DNA of 64,000 nt from Cyanophora paradoxa CCMP329 (GCA_004431415.1 QPMI01000589.1:49973-113972); one strand, 5' to 3'; shown: positions 36,522 to 48,357, counted from the stretch's first letter. The notes: generated by a model not told the origin, from the sequence alone. Numbers and translations: made by a program.

Positions 36522-39019
36522 ATGAATTCGAAGAACAAGCGCGTCTTCACCAACGACAACGACGACCCCGCGGCCGGCGCCGGCGCGGCGGATTTGAGAC
36601 GCGGGCGCTTGCGACCGTCAGCTTCAATCGATGCAGCGGTGCGAAATTCAGCTGCACTGGATAATGTGCCGGGTGGCGGTCATGATTGGGCGCGCAGGAT
36701 GAGGCGGCCGACGCGTCCTCGCCGATTGCAATGCTCCCCGACGAGCTGCTCCTGAAGATCATGCGGATCGTGGCGAAAGAGGTCAGCACTAATCTGGCTG
36801 CCGGCCGCGCGGCCTGCCCTAAGCTGACGTCGACTCTGCTTGGCAGCTCCCTTGGGACCGGGTACCGCCCCAACAACAGCAAGTGGCCCGCGGCGCTACG
36901 CAACGCTAACGAGCTCAGCGCCATCTGCAAGCGGTTCAAGGAGGCGATCGATGCGGCGGGAGGGCCGCTTGCGCTCTTCGAGTCCGTTGGATGGGATGCG
37001 GGCGTCGAGCGCTGGCTGGAGGGGCGCCCCGGCGGCGTCGATGCGTTCCTCGCGGAGCGCGCGCCGCGCCTCACCGGCCTGCGCAACGTGGCATACGAAG
37101 GGTACCCCGAAGTCAAGCACGGGGCCCGCTTCCTGGCGGCCCTCACCTGCTGGCCCTCCCTCGTCTCCCTTCGCCTCATCTCCCTTTCCTCCGACGCCAC
37201 GGGCGAGCTCCGGGCCTGCCTCGACGCCCTCGCCGCCGTCCCGGCCGGCAAGCTGAGCCTCCGCTCCCTCGAGGCCCGCCTTCGCTAGCGCCGCCTGGGC
37301 CGCGCCGCCTGACGAACCCCCACAGGTTCATGCCAACTACAGCTCGCTGTTAGCAGGGGCTAGCAGGGAAGCTTCGGCGCTGCTCGGGGCGATCGTCCGC
37401 CGCTGCGCCTCGTCGCTGCGCAGCCTCAAAATAGAACGAATCGCTTTGGAAGGTAATCCTGTCCCCCGCCCTCGAATACACGCCGCGCTGATGGGCGCGC
37501 AGGCCGCTGGGAGGACCTGCTCCCGGCGCCGGGCCTGCGCGAGCTTCGCCTCGAAATGCTGCCCCAATTCCCGCCCCGCCCGGTCGCCCTCGGCGGCCTG
37601 GAGCGGAGCGGGGCGGCCGCCACCCTCGAGACCCTCGAGCTCAGCGGCGCCGGCGATCCGCTCTCGGGGCCGGAGGGGCCGGATGCGGCTCTCGCCCTCC
37701 CCGCCCTCCCCGCCCTCTCCCGCCTCACCATCGACAGCCCATCCTCGGAACTCAACTCCTTCTCCCTCTTCCTTTCGGAGCCCAACGCGGATTCCGCGCC
37801 CCCCGTGCTCCCGCCGCCCCCGGAAGGCTCCTTCTCCGCTCTGCGAGAGCTCCGCATCGGTTCCTTTGAGGGACCCTCCACGCGCTCCGACTGGTGGGCC
37901 GCCGTCCTCGCCTCCCCCGCGGGGGCCCGCCTCAAGAGCGTGCGCCTTGCCCCTCCCTGAGCTGCCGCTTCCCCTGCGTCGCCCACACAGGCCCCGCAGC
38001 TTTTGCTGTCTTCCGTGAAAGGCGCGGGGCGCCTCGTGGAGTCGCTGCAGGCCTCTGGGCGGCCCCTCGCCCTCCAGTCGCTCGACGTATTCGGCTCTTT
38101 CCTCACGAGGGCGGACGCCGCTCGCGTCCTGGGCTTCGCGGCCGGCCTCCCCGCCCTCCACACCCTGACCTTATACTTTAGCCGCCACGAAGAGGTGCCG
38201 CCTTTACCGCACCCCCGCAAGACTTTCAGACCCGCCCTCTGAAACAAGGCGGGGCCGGCAGGACGCGGACGGGTGTGCCCCCGCCCCCGATCCTCCGGTC
38301 CCGCTCGCGCCGCTCTAATTACAAGGCGCGCCGCAGCGCAGTGGAGCCCTCCCGGGCCCCCGAGGGCTCCTTCCCCGCCCTCCGCCACCTCTCCCTGAGC
38401 GGCCCCTCCACGCCCTGCGGCTGGTGGGCCGCCGCCCTCGCCTCCCCAGCCGGCGCCCGCCTCGAGAGCGTGCGTACCCCCCCCCGCCCCCCCCCCAGTC
38501 CTCGACTCCCCCTGCAGCTCTCGCTGGAAAAGGTTCCGGAGGCATGGAACATCCTAGCGGCCCTGCAGGCCTCGGGCTCGCCCCCCGCCCTGGGTAGACT
38601 CTCCTTTCACGATTGCTACGTAGGGGGAGGGGGTCTCGCCCGCCTCTCGGACGTTCTCGCCGCCTGCCCCGCCCTCCGCTCGCTCTCGTTCATTCGGTGC
38701 CCCTCCGGCGCGGAGGAGGCCCCGCTCTTCGCCGGCCTCCTCGCCGCCTGCCCCGCCCTGCGTGGACTGGTCGTCATGGGCTGCGACGAGGTGCCGCCCG
38801 CCCCCGTTCCGCCTTCCGGCCCCTCCACTGACGCGGCGCGGCGCCCGCGCGCCGGAGAGCAGCTCGAGAAGTGCGCCCCCGCTTCCTCTGACTCCCGCCT
38901 CCGCCCGGCCTGATCGCGGCGGCAGGTTCCTCCGGGGCGGGGGCGATGCGGAGGCGGCGGGGCCGCGCCTGCTGCGGGAGCTCAAAGCGCGCGGGGCAGG
39001 CGTGTACTGCGGCCCGTAG
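36522..39019 (+). CDS. F-box/LRR protein, family 2 copy B (tandem paralog)
   Basis: SPIAMLPDELLLKIMRIV; colinear exons with strong nucleotide similarity to 32971-35403. Confidence 0.72.
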
Positions 39020-39905
39020 TACTGCGGCGCGCGTGTACTGCTAAGTGAGCTCGATCGCGAGCTATAGCTGGCTACAGCTGCAGTCACAGCTACAGCTAGA
39101 GCTGGTCGACGCAGCCGACGTCGGGAGCGGATTAGGAAGAGTGAATCGTGGTAGGAGTAATCGTGTCACGATCAGTTCTTCATGACCATGCCAGTTCTTA
39201 GTCTGAGCGGGGCGTGCGGGCGGATCCGGACTCCGGAGGGCCCGGGACAGCTGCAGGCAGTGTTTCGAAATTTATTAATTAGCTGTAGACTCTGAGCTTG
39301 ATCTCGAAAGGGCTACAGGTGAATTCCACTTGTTAACTCGAGCTCTAGAGCTTCGAATTCGCCGCGCCACTCTAGATCTATATGATCTATAGCTACAGCT
39401 AGCTGGAGCTTGGGCCCCATGGCCAGCTGCAGGGCACCATGGCCACCTCGTCGTGGTACTAAGGGCCGGGGCCGCCGCCGGGCCGGGGGCGCTGGAAATT
39501 TCGCGATCGATGGAATGTACAACGCATTGATATCGATTCACCGTGTCACTGATTCAATACGTGTATACTAAGTTACATTATTCGAAGCTATATAGCTATA
39601 TTATGATTATGCAACAGAAACGAAGGACAGCGTTATGATTAGCTGCACTTGTACATGCGATCGCAAATTCAACTCGAAGCCTAGCTATATATGTGGGCTC
39701 TTGCCAAGGGTCGAGCTCTCGAGCTTGCCCCTTCGCTGTCAATGCATTGTTAACCCTCGGAGGTTGATGAGTCACGCGTTGCGGAGGTTGCATTGTTATA
39801 TTGCATTCGGGGAGGCAGGGGGACTAACACGTCCAATGTACCCCCCGGGGGCCTCCCGGCCTCTAACTAGGCTCGGACTCTAACTGAATGCTGTACCCCC
39901 TGCGG

Positions 39906-40656
39906 TTACTGCCCGAGCCTAGCGAACTTGCGTAACTCGGCCTCGCCCTGTACCCAGTGACTGGTGTCGTCCATCCATTCGCGTACCTCCCTCTGACGCT
40001 TGAGTGACTCACGCTGCTCAGGTGAGGGGAGGGGGGCCGTAGAGGAGGGGCCGCGGCGGGGGTACCATGCCAAAGTTTGCCCACTCGGGGGGTATACCGA
40101 ATTCACCGTGATCGATTCTCTGAGGCGTGAAGTACTGGCCGTCGCTCAGCGCCAGGTGGTAGAAGGCGTTTCGCAGTCGTCTGAGGAAGCGGGGCTGCAC
40201 AGTCTGCGGGTCAAGGCTCTCGAAGCGCCACGGTGCCACAAAGTCAATGATACGCTCCTGCACCCGCGCGGGCAGAGCGAGGATCTGGCTCTTGCGGTTC
40301 GCAAAGGCCATCCACAGTGCTTGTAGGTCCGCCCAATCGCCGTTCAGATCCCTGCGTTCTCGCCTGCCATGATTGCGTGGATTGATCGTCATACCCATGA
40401 AACGTGCTGCGCCGATGGTGTTTTGATCTGGAAACTCTTGATCGTCGTTAAACTTATCTCGTATCCAGCGCACGAGGTACAGCACGCGTTCCATAAAGTT
40501 CTCCCCGGGCGATCCGCTCCCCGAATCGGGGCCCATCGCCCATCGCCGCCGGTGCAGATCGGATTGTGCGTCGTCCAAGTCCACGGTCCGCTGTAGGATC
40601 TCACCGATGATGGGGCCGTTGTTGTACAGCACGTCGGACTCGCGTGTCCGCGCCAT
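39906..40656 (-). CDS. Viral hypothetical protein with an F-box-like motif, paralog 1 (frameshift near 40035)
   Basis: FMERVLYLVRWIRDKF..SQILALPARVQERIIDFV; the C-terminus REVREWMDD..QGEAEL is in a shifted frame. Confidence 0.6.
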
Positions 40657-40711
40657 GCTCGCGGCTCGCTGAGAATATCTACCCGTACCCCCTATCACGT
40701 CCACCTCCACG

Positions 40712-41392
40712 TCAGGCGATTGTTCTCGAAAACGGGGTACGCCTCCTCCTCTGGGGTATAGTGCCGACCTTTGCCTCACCCGGCAGACGGTTTCGATCGT
40801 CCTGCAGCCAGTCGCGCAGTCGCTTGCGCTCGTTGATGGGGGCCTCGAGTCAAAGGGGGATACGTAGGCGGGGGCGGGGGTGGGGCGGGCGGAAGCTCTT
40901 GCCAGCTCCGGGGTACGAGCTCGCGTGGAATCTCGAGCTCTGTGTACCGTGAGCCGTCGTACTGTCGGACACCGCCTTCGCCTGTACGCATGTACCACTG
41001 TATCTCATTTCGAAGCCCATTGATCACATCGCCTTCGCGCCCGTCTCTACCTGCGAGTAAGAAGTTCATGATCTTCAATCTGGCCTCGTTCGGCAGACGG
41101 GCCACGCGGCTTCTAGGCGACATCAGCGCCACGTACAGGGACGTAAGCACACTGCTGAAGTCCCAGTTCCGATCATAGGATGGGGGGCGAGCCTCACGGT
41201 ATCCGCAGCCCTGGGCTGCAACAGGGGCTAGCCCCTCAGCGGAAAGGACGACGTTCCTATCCGATTTCGCATCCCCTCCTTGAACTTATCTCGTATCCAA
41301 TGGGCCAGGCCCCTAACGCGAGTCAGGAACTCTTCGGGGCTCGAATCTTCGTCCATCTGCGGGACCGGGCTCGAATCTTCGTCATCCGACAT
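40712..41392 (-). CDS. Viral hypothetical protein with an F-box-like motif, paralog 2 (two apparent frameshifts)
   Basis: FLTRVRGLAHWIRDKF, SRVARLPNEARLKIMNFLL and KRLRDWLQD..PGEAKV align in order with paralog 1. Confidence 0.55.
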
Positions 41393-41444
41393 TTGCAATT
41401 GCACACAACGAGAAATTCTAAACGCTACTGCGAGGCTACGAGCT

Positions 41445-42113
41445 ATGGACCTACAACAGGGGAGCGCGGCGTGGCACGCTGCGCGCCGCGAAAAGCTAAC
41501 CGCCTCGAACTTTGCCGCCGCGTGCGGCATAAACCCCTGGAAATCCAGGGCCCGCCTGTGGGCGGAGCTAAGCGGGATAGCGGAGGAAAACAACTTTGAC
41601 AACCCTGCCCTAACCTATGGGCATGACTATGAGCCCCTCGCGGTCTCTATCTACAAGGCACTGAACGATAACGTGGACATTCAACATACTGGACTGCACG
41701 AACACAAAGAAATGCCGTTCCTCGCCGGGAGCCCCGACGGACTTATAGGAAATGATAGGATTTTAGAGGTGAAATGCCCTTACAAGGGCGAACTTTATGA
41801 TAGAGTTCCTACCTATTATATGCCTCAACTGCAAGGACTTCTGGACATCACGGGCCGCGAGTGGGCCGAACTTTTTTGCTTCACTCCTCTGCGCGTGCAA
41901 ACGTGGTACGTCAGGCGCGACGAGAGGTACATCGAGCTCATGAGGAAGTGCTTACATCTATTTTGGATGCACGTCAAGGAGGGCACGCCGCCCGAGCCCT
42001 ACAGCGATCGAATGAAGTTAGAGAACCTCAGCGAGGAGCAGGCGGCGCTGCGCGAGTTTAAGTCGTACGCCCTCCTCTCAGAGTCTAGGCAGACTACTTC
42101 TGTCCCAGGCTAG
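41445..42113 (+). CDS. YqaJ/lambda-exonuclease-like PD-(D/E)XK viral recombinase
   Basis: QGSAAWHAARREKLTASNF, YGHDYEP, FLAGSPDGL, LEVKCPY, YYMPQLQG. Confidence 0.93.
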   Translation: MDLQQGSAAWHAARREKLTASNFAAACGINPWKSRARLWAELSGIAEENNFDNPALTYGHDYEPLAVSIYKALNDNVDIQHTGLHEHKEMPFLAGSPDGLIGNDRILEVKCPYKGELYDRVPTYYMPQLQGLLDITGREWAELFCFTPLRVQTWYVRRDERYIELMRKCLHLFWMHVKEGTPPEPYSDRMKLENLSEEQAALREFKSYALLSESRQTTSVPG

Positions 42114-42621
42114 GTCTTTGGAATCTTAATATAAATTTTCCGGGACCCGGGACAGGCCTTGTCGGACATGGCAATGTCAGAACCTTCCCGATCATCTAGA
42201 TCTATAATGATTCTAGGGAGGGTCCAGACACATCTCTTGTGCGGACCACTTCTGTCCCAGGTCTTTGGAATCTTAATATAAATTTTCCAGGGACCCGGGA
42301 CAGGCCTCGTCGAACAAACCTCTTCATGGGCCAAGATTTCGTGCATGCATCGGCCGCAGCTCATGCGAAAAATCATGTCTGATCCGATCCTGATCATGAC
42401 GTCCTGCAAATTGAAGAATCGTCTGACCGGGAGTGTCCCGGGTCCCTGGAAATTTTATATTAAGATTCCAGAGACCCGGGACAGATCTACCTAGAGGGAA
42501 CATCCAAAATGCTGTACCCTCCCACCCCGTGATCTTTCGAATTCAATCTGATGGGCCGACCTGAGTGACGGTGTCCTGGTCCCGGAAAGTTTATATTAAG
42601 ATTCCAAGGACCTGGGACAAG
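42097..42621. repeat. Four copies of a ~54-bp quasi-palindromic repeat (42097-42154 and 42249-42302 forward; 42434-42484 and 42572-42621 reverse)
   Basis: Consensus CTTCTGTCCCAGGTCTTTGGAATCTTAATATAAATTTTCCAGGGACCCGGGACA. Confidence 0.92.
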
Positions 42622-42685
42622 AGCAATGCATTTTCGCACGACGTTGACATAGCCTGATCACGAGAGAAAAATGTACCCCGATCTA

Positions 42686-45600
42686 TCAAATCCGCCGATG
42701 GAGCAGCGAGTAGCAGTCGCAGAACAGATCTTTCACCTCCAAGTAATCCGGCCCCACGCCAGCCCAGCGCTGCCTTGCTTGGCGCTCTGCAACATCTTCG
42801 AGAGTGTCTTCCTTGACCCACGTGATGCACTTGCGCTTGCGAGAGCCGGCGCCCTCCTGCCCTTCTCGGGTCCGTTTTTCCCCGGACCGGGCCCGTCTCA
42901 CCCCATGTACTTTTCGAGCAGGTACTGAATCACCCGCCACGACTGCTGCGCAAGCTTGGCCTTCTCATTGTCCGATGCATCGAGTTTAGGGGCCCGCTCG
43001 TCCAGACTCTGCAGCACCGCGTAAGCCTCCCGGCCCTCCGGTGATGCGAGCGCCGCGTAGGCTTCGTCCGACCAAAGCATACAGCTGTCGCCGGCCAGCT
43101 TCTCGTACCCCGGCCCAAAAAGTCGCTTGAAAAGCTCCGCAACCTTCGAGACCCTGTGGTACTCAGTAGACGAGGCGATCTCGGCCATGTCGCCGCCGCG
43201 CTTCAGCACAAGGATGATCCGCGACATCAGCGGGATCGAGTAGAATGACTTCCACAGCCAGGCCACGTCGCTCTCGGTCAGCGCGCTTGCGTCCTTGGCC
43301 AGGAACGCAGCGGTCGCTAGGCGCGCGAGTGCAGCAACCTTCTCCACGTCGACCTTAGCAAGCGAATCGCGCGAATGCCACCAGGAGTCCAGCAGCATGT
43401 ACAGTTCGGTGATGTCCAGGGCGGAGACTCGAGTACGTACTTGATCTCGCGCTGCCGCTGCTCCTTCTCCTCTTTCGGCCCCTTGTTTCCCTGATCCTCC
43501 GTGACCCGCACGTTCATCACGGCGCAGGTCGACAGCAGCCGCAGCCGCGCGGCCACGGCGAGGCGCCGCGTCGGCATGCCGGCCCGCCGACTCCCGTGAT
43601 GGCTCGCCTTCAAGTCCAGATAGCGCTGCGTGTCTGCAGTGCTAGCTCTCTCATCATCGCTCTCACGCCAGTGCGCGGTCGCCTCGCCCACGCTGACGGA
43701 GGGCGCGGACGCGCGGCTCTTGCGCACGGCGACGAGCAGGTGCTCTCCGCCGGGCGGCTCGCCGCGCCTGCGCAGCTTTCTCACTCGGAACAGCAGCTGC
43801 ACGATGTCGTCGGCCTCTAGCTGCGCGGGTTCGGCCTGGAAAACGCCGTAGATCTTGTCAAAGTGCGCTTCCGGAAAGTCCACGCCCGCCCCGAGCGCGG
43901 ACGTCGCGATGAGCACGTCGCAGGCCTTGTACGCGCCCTCCTCCGAGACGTCGATCGACACTACGCGGACCGGGCCCTCGTTCGTGAAGCGCACGCTCTT
44001 CTCCTTCGCCTGCCCAACGATGAGCCCAATTGTGAACGGTGCGCCGCTGCCGTCCTCGGGCCCTGCCTCGAGCTGAGTCACGTACTGAGCGCCGCCCAGG
44101 CTGAGCTGCTCCAGCGCCTGCTTCGAAATCTTGTCTGCTAGCTCATTCGCCTTGGCCGGCGTCTCCGCGATGATCATGGCCCGCGAGCGCCCAGGTCGGC
44201 ACTGCACCATGATGTCCTTCTCGACGTGCGCCGGGCTGTCTGACACGCGCATCTTCCAGTCGCAGGTCCGGCGCGAGTTGTGCAGGAGCCCAAGGCGCGC
44301 CCCGCGCTCCAGCGCGGACTCCGCGAGGTACGCGAGATCGACCGGCCGGACGAAGCCGTCCATCGCCACGATGCGCGAGGCCTTCATCACGTTTCGCATT
44401 AGCTGCACGCAGCGCGCGTTTCGGGGCATTGACCGCACGCCCATGTGCAGGCCGGCGGGTTCGAGGGTGCCGCTCGAAGTGAGGTGCTTCGTGAGGGAGG
44501 AGAGCTCGTCCAGCACGATCATCAGCGGCGCAGTCGACCAGCCCGCCCAGTCCTCAAGTACCTTGTGCAGCGAGTCGATCGTGATGACGACGCACCTGCA
44601 CTTCGGATGGCGGTAGCCCCACTTGCCGTGCGTCCCATTTGAGCTCTCCGGCGGCTTCTGAATGTCCATGTACAGCACGGCGTCCTCAGGCAGGCCCACG
44701 TCATCCAGGCGGCGCTTCAGGTCGCGGGAGAAGGCGCGGCGGCAGGTCAAGAGGATCACGCGCCAGCCCCCCTCGAGGGCTGGCTTCAGGTACGTCTCGA
44801 TGAGGGCCTGCGTCTTCCCCGTGTTGAGGCCCGAGCAGATGACGTCGACCTGGGCGGCCCCCGGCTCCAGCGGACCGAACGTGGAGGTGAGCAGCCCTGG
44901 ATCGCGCGTCAGGTAGTCCGTATCCACGACCTTCACGCAGTGCGGTGTCAGGCCCGTCGATTCGAGTGCGATCAGGAGCGACGGGAGGGCCACGTCGAGC
45001 GCCACGGGCTGGGACGGGTCCGTCACGTAAGACGCCGCCGTCTCGCTGCAGCTCCCGTCTCCAGCTCCCCCTCCTGCTCCACCTCGACACCGTGCGCCCG
45101 AATCGCGATTCTGAGGGCCGGCGATCCTGGCTGATCGCTCATCTTCAGGGTGATTGTTCCGTCGGGCTCGACTGCAATGTCTTGAACGCGGCGGGGGTCA
45201 TTCAGGCTGATCTCAGTGCGCAACGCCGCCCCCGCCCGCCAGATCTCGTCCCTCACCAGCTTGTTCTCGCGCAGGAGGCTCAGGAACCGATCGAAGTCCG
45301 GGAGCGGAGCCTGGGCGTCGCCCGTCAAGCTCAGCGGGGGGTGGGGCGGCTCCTTGCGGGGGAGGAGCTCCTGGCGCCGCAGTCCCGAGCAAGCCCCCCG
45401 AGCTGCGGCGCCCTGCGGCCCCTGCGCCACCCCTGCGCCGATCCCTGCGTCGGCCCTGCAGGACGTAGGCTCCTGTGTCGTCCCCCCGAGCTCCAGGCCG
45501 CTAGATGTCCCAGCAGCCAGGTCGCAAAGGCGCAGGCCTCCGGGCTCTGCAGGACGTAGGCAGCCTTGAGCCCGTTGTGCGATGTTCGAGAGAAAGTGAG

Positions 45601-45851
45601 GCCTCCGAAGCTCTCCGCGCATGCACGGGCGGCCGCGGTGCTCGTCTCGTCTTCCGCGTCGGAGAAGTGCTTGGACATGATGTGCGGCGGGTGAAAGATA
45701 CAGAAGACCATTCCGAGATCAGCGCTGCAGACCTTCTGGACGCAGACGAGGGGAAGCGAGTGAAGAAAAGCTCTTCTTGCGGGCTCAGGTCCACGGGAGT
45801 TACCCCCGGCAGACGGGAGAGTAGACTGTCGGAGCACGTCGAGGTGGCCAT
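42686..45851 (-). CDS. Herpesvirus UL9-like origin-binding SF2 helicase with a long N-terminal region; split by several frameshifts
   Basis: ICSGLNTGKT (Walker A), VILLTCRRAF, VVITIDSLHKV, IVLDELSS, IVAMDG and DVLIATSALGAGVDF..HFD in ORF 43317-45026; flanking ORF pieces abut in shifted frames. Confidence 0.8.
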
Positions 45852-46026
45852 GCTCTCGGGTTAGGCCTGCTGTTTCGTGTTAGGCTTGGAAAATTTTCAG
45901 TGGCACCGGCCGGAAACTGCACACCTTGAGAACTCGAACTCGAACTCCAAGGCTCGGTGAATTGGCGCTAGCTGCACTGTCGACGTCGACTGTCGGACCG
46001 TCGACGTCGGACTTCGGATGTCTCGT

Positions 46027-46080
46027 CTTCTGTCCCAGGTCTTTGGAATCTTAATATAAATTTTCCAGGGACCCGGGACA
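46027..46080 (+). repeat. Fifth copy of the 54-bp repeat
   Basis: Identical to 42249-42302. Confidence 0.92.
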
Positions 46081-46467
46081 CTCTGGTCTGACGACGCTGC
46101 AGCTCGAAGCGCTCAACTGGGTCCGGTTGACGGCACACAGGCTATCAGGGTGCCAGGCCTAGCCTAGTACGTAGGCTGACCGTCGGACCAGTACTGGCGG
46201 TTCAGTTGAAGCCGAGTACTACTAGCGCTAGCTATAGCGCCAGCGCTAGCTGTAGGCTAGTACTAGTACTAGATCGAGAGACGGTACGGCGCGCCACAGC
46301 TAGCGAGCTCGCGCTCGCTCGCCTTTGCGCTGAAGCTTAGAAAATTTTGGGCTCACGCGGTCGTTCCACGTGTTCTGTCCGGACAACCTGTACCCCAGCT
46401 GTCCAGCCAAGTAGTCAGAGCTCTCCAATCCTGCGGCGCTTGGGCCCCGTGCTTCTCAGAGCACTTG

Positions 46468-48119
46468 ATGGAGGCCAGCGTGTGCGTTCTGTGCTCTCGG
46501 GGAGCCGCCGCTTCGTTCCCGCCGATGCAGAAGTGCGTCTCGGTCGGCGACCCCTCTCTCCGCGGAGCGGCTAGCTGGAGAGCTCTCCCGATGCCGCGCG
46601 CTTACACTGCGGTGCGCAGGCTCGGTTGCTGTGGCCGGCAACCTTCGAGAGCTCGATGGCACCCAAGCTGAACCACCTCGCCGCATCGCGGAGGTGCTGG
46701 CTCCCTCTTTCGCAGCTCTTTCGCTTACACTTACACTTTCGCTAGACCGTGCCGCACAGCCTCGCGCTCATTTCCCCCACGTTCGCAGAACTTCGGCGTC
46801 GGCGCAGGTTCCGGGATCTGCGACCGCGCCTCCCGCAGCTCGAGCCGGCGTCTGCGGCGACCCGCGCATGCATCTAGATCCTATTCTGAAACCCGTGCGT
46901 CGATCCGGGGTCCCGGGCTCGCGTTCCTGCGCCTCCCGGACCCTCACACTGCTCCTGTTTGCATCCTAGCTAAGACCTTCCTCGCCCGCAGCCGGTCTCG
47001 TCCTCGGCACATTGTGAGCGGCATCAGTGGAGCTGGAGTTCCGCACTTTATGCAGGCCCGTGCGCCCTTTCCCGCCCCGCCCCGCCCAGCCCCGCCCCGC
47101 CTCGCGTGCGCTATAGCTAGCTAACCCTGTCGCGCGCGCCGCAGAGGGTTCGTAGCCGGAGGGCTCGCAGGCCGCGGCCCGGACACCTCCGCCGCCGTCG
47201 GCGCCGACATCGAGAACGGCCGGCTGGACGAGACCCTCGCCGGCTTCGGCTCCTCGTGCCGCCCCTACTCCTACAAGCTCGGCGGCGTCTGGCAGACCTA
47301 CATCCGCGGCATCGTCCCCAAGGCCCCGCTCTCCCTCGGCGAGAGCCAGCCGGCGCTGGAGGCGATCGCGATCCCCGTCGCCCAGTTCAAGGACCCGGCG
47401 CCCGACGTCGGGCCCTTCCTCGTCAAGCCCCACACCAAGGGCAAGGGCAAGCGCACCCGCAACTCGGCGCCGGCCTTCCTCCCGCCCCAGCCCCCCGCCA
47501 CGGCCCCCCAGCAGCGCCCCGGCCAGCAGCGCATCGACGAGATGCTGCCGCGCCAGGTCCGGCCCCGCGTACCCCCCGCCTTCCCTGTACCTCCCTCCCC
47601 CTCGCCCCGTTCCTGATCCAAGGGCAGGGTACCCCGACGAACGGCGGCGCGGGCCCGAGCGGCTACGGGAGCTCGGCCTCCTCCGCGAGCGCCGACGGCC
47701 CCAGCCCCCTCCCCGGCCCCGGCGCCGTCCTCACCGCGATCCAGGGCTTCGGGGCCCAGCAGGAGGCCGAGCGGCGGGCGCTGGCGGCGCGCCAGGCGCG
47801 CGAGGCGGAGGAGCGGCGCCAGGCCCTCTGGGCCCAGCGCCTGCAGGCCACCATCGCCTTCCGCGCCGAGCTGGACTCCGGCTTCCGCGCCGGCCAGATC
47901 GCCGGGGCGGAGGCCTCGGAGCGCTGGCGGGCGTTCGAGGCGGAGTCGGCGGGGCTGGCGAAGGGCCTCGGCTACAGCTACCGGCGCGTGCCCGTGCTCA
48001 AGGACTACGCGTCGGCCGCGGCGCGGGAGGCCTCGCGGGCGGAGATCGACGCGGCGGAGGAGCAGGCGGCGCGCGAGGAGGCCGAGGACAACGCGCGCTT
48101 CCGGCACCTGCACCACTGA
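46468..48119 (+). CDS. Hypothetical intron-containing gene within the viral region (5' exons uncertain)
   Basis: GT-AG intron 47557-47627 joins ..RIDEMLPRQ to GTPTNGG.. in frame; another intron ends at 47143; coiled-coil-like C-terminus. Confidence 0.5.
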
Positions 48120-48168
48120 GGCCCCGAGGCGGTATTTTTTCTCAACCCTCCCTCAATTCGGTCCCGCG

Positions 48169-48357
48169 ATGGCCTTCGAAGCTTATCCTGCCCATTACTC
48201 GCTAGGAGCGCTGGCCGCGACCCTCACCTGGCTCCTCGGCGGCACCCCCACGGCCTCGGCGGTCATAGGCGTGGGCTTCGGCTACGCCGCCAAGTCCCTC
48301 TACGCCCCCGGCGGCGCCTCGCAGGCGGCGGCCGGCATGCGCCCCGCCGGGCGCTAA
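48169..48357 (+). CDS. Small viral membrane protein
   Basis: 62 aa with two hydrophobic stretches; upstream TTTTCTCAA motif. Confidence 0.6.
   Translation: MAFEAYPAHYSLGALAATLTWLLGGTPTASAVIGVGFGYAAKSLYAPGGASQAAAGMRPAGR

Noticed and set aside
41195-41260. Possible intron explaining the frameshift in paralog 2
   Set aside because: No GT or GC donor and AG acceptor pair gave a compatible phase
41280-41444. 5' extension of the YqaJ ORF
   Set aside because: Overlaps the divergent gene; the family motif and upstream signal support the ATG at 41445
42097-42621. CRISPR array
   Set aside because: Repeats are ~54 bp, in both orientations, with irregular 85-130 bp gaps, no cas genes and a eukaryotic context
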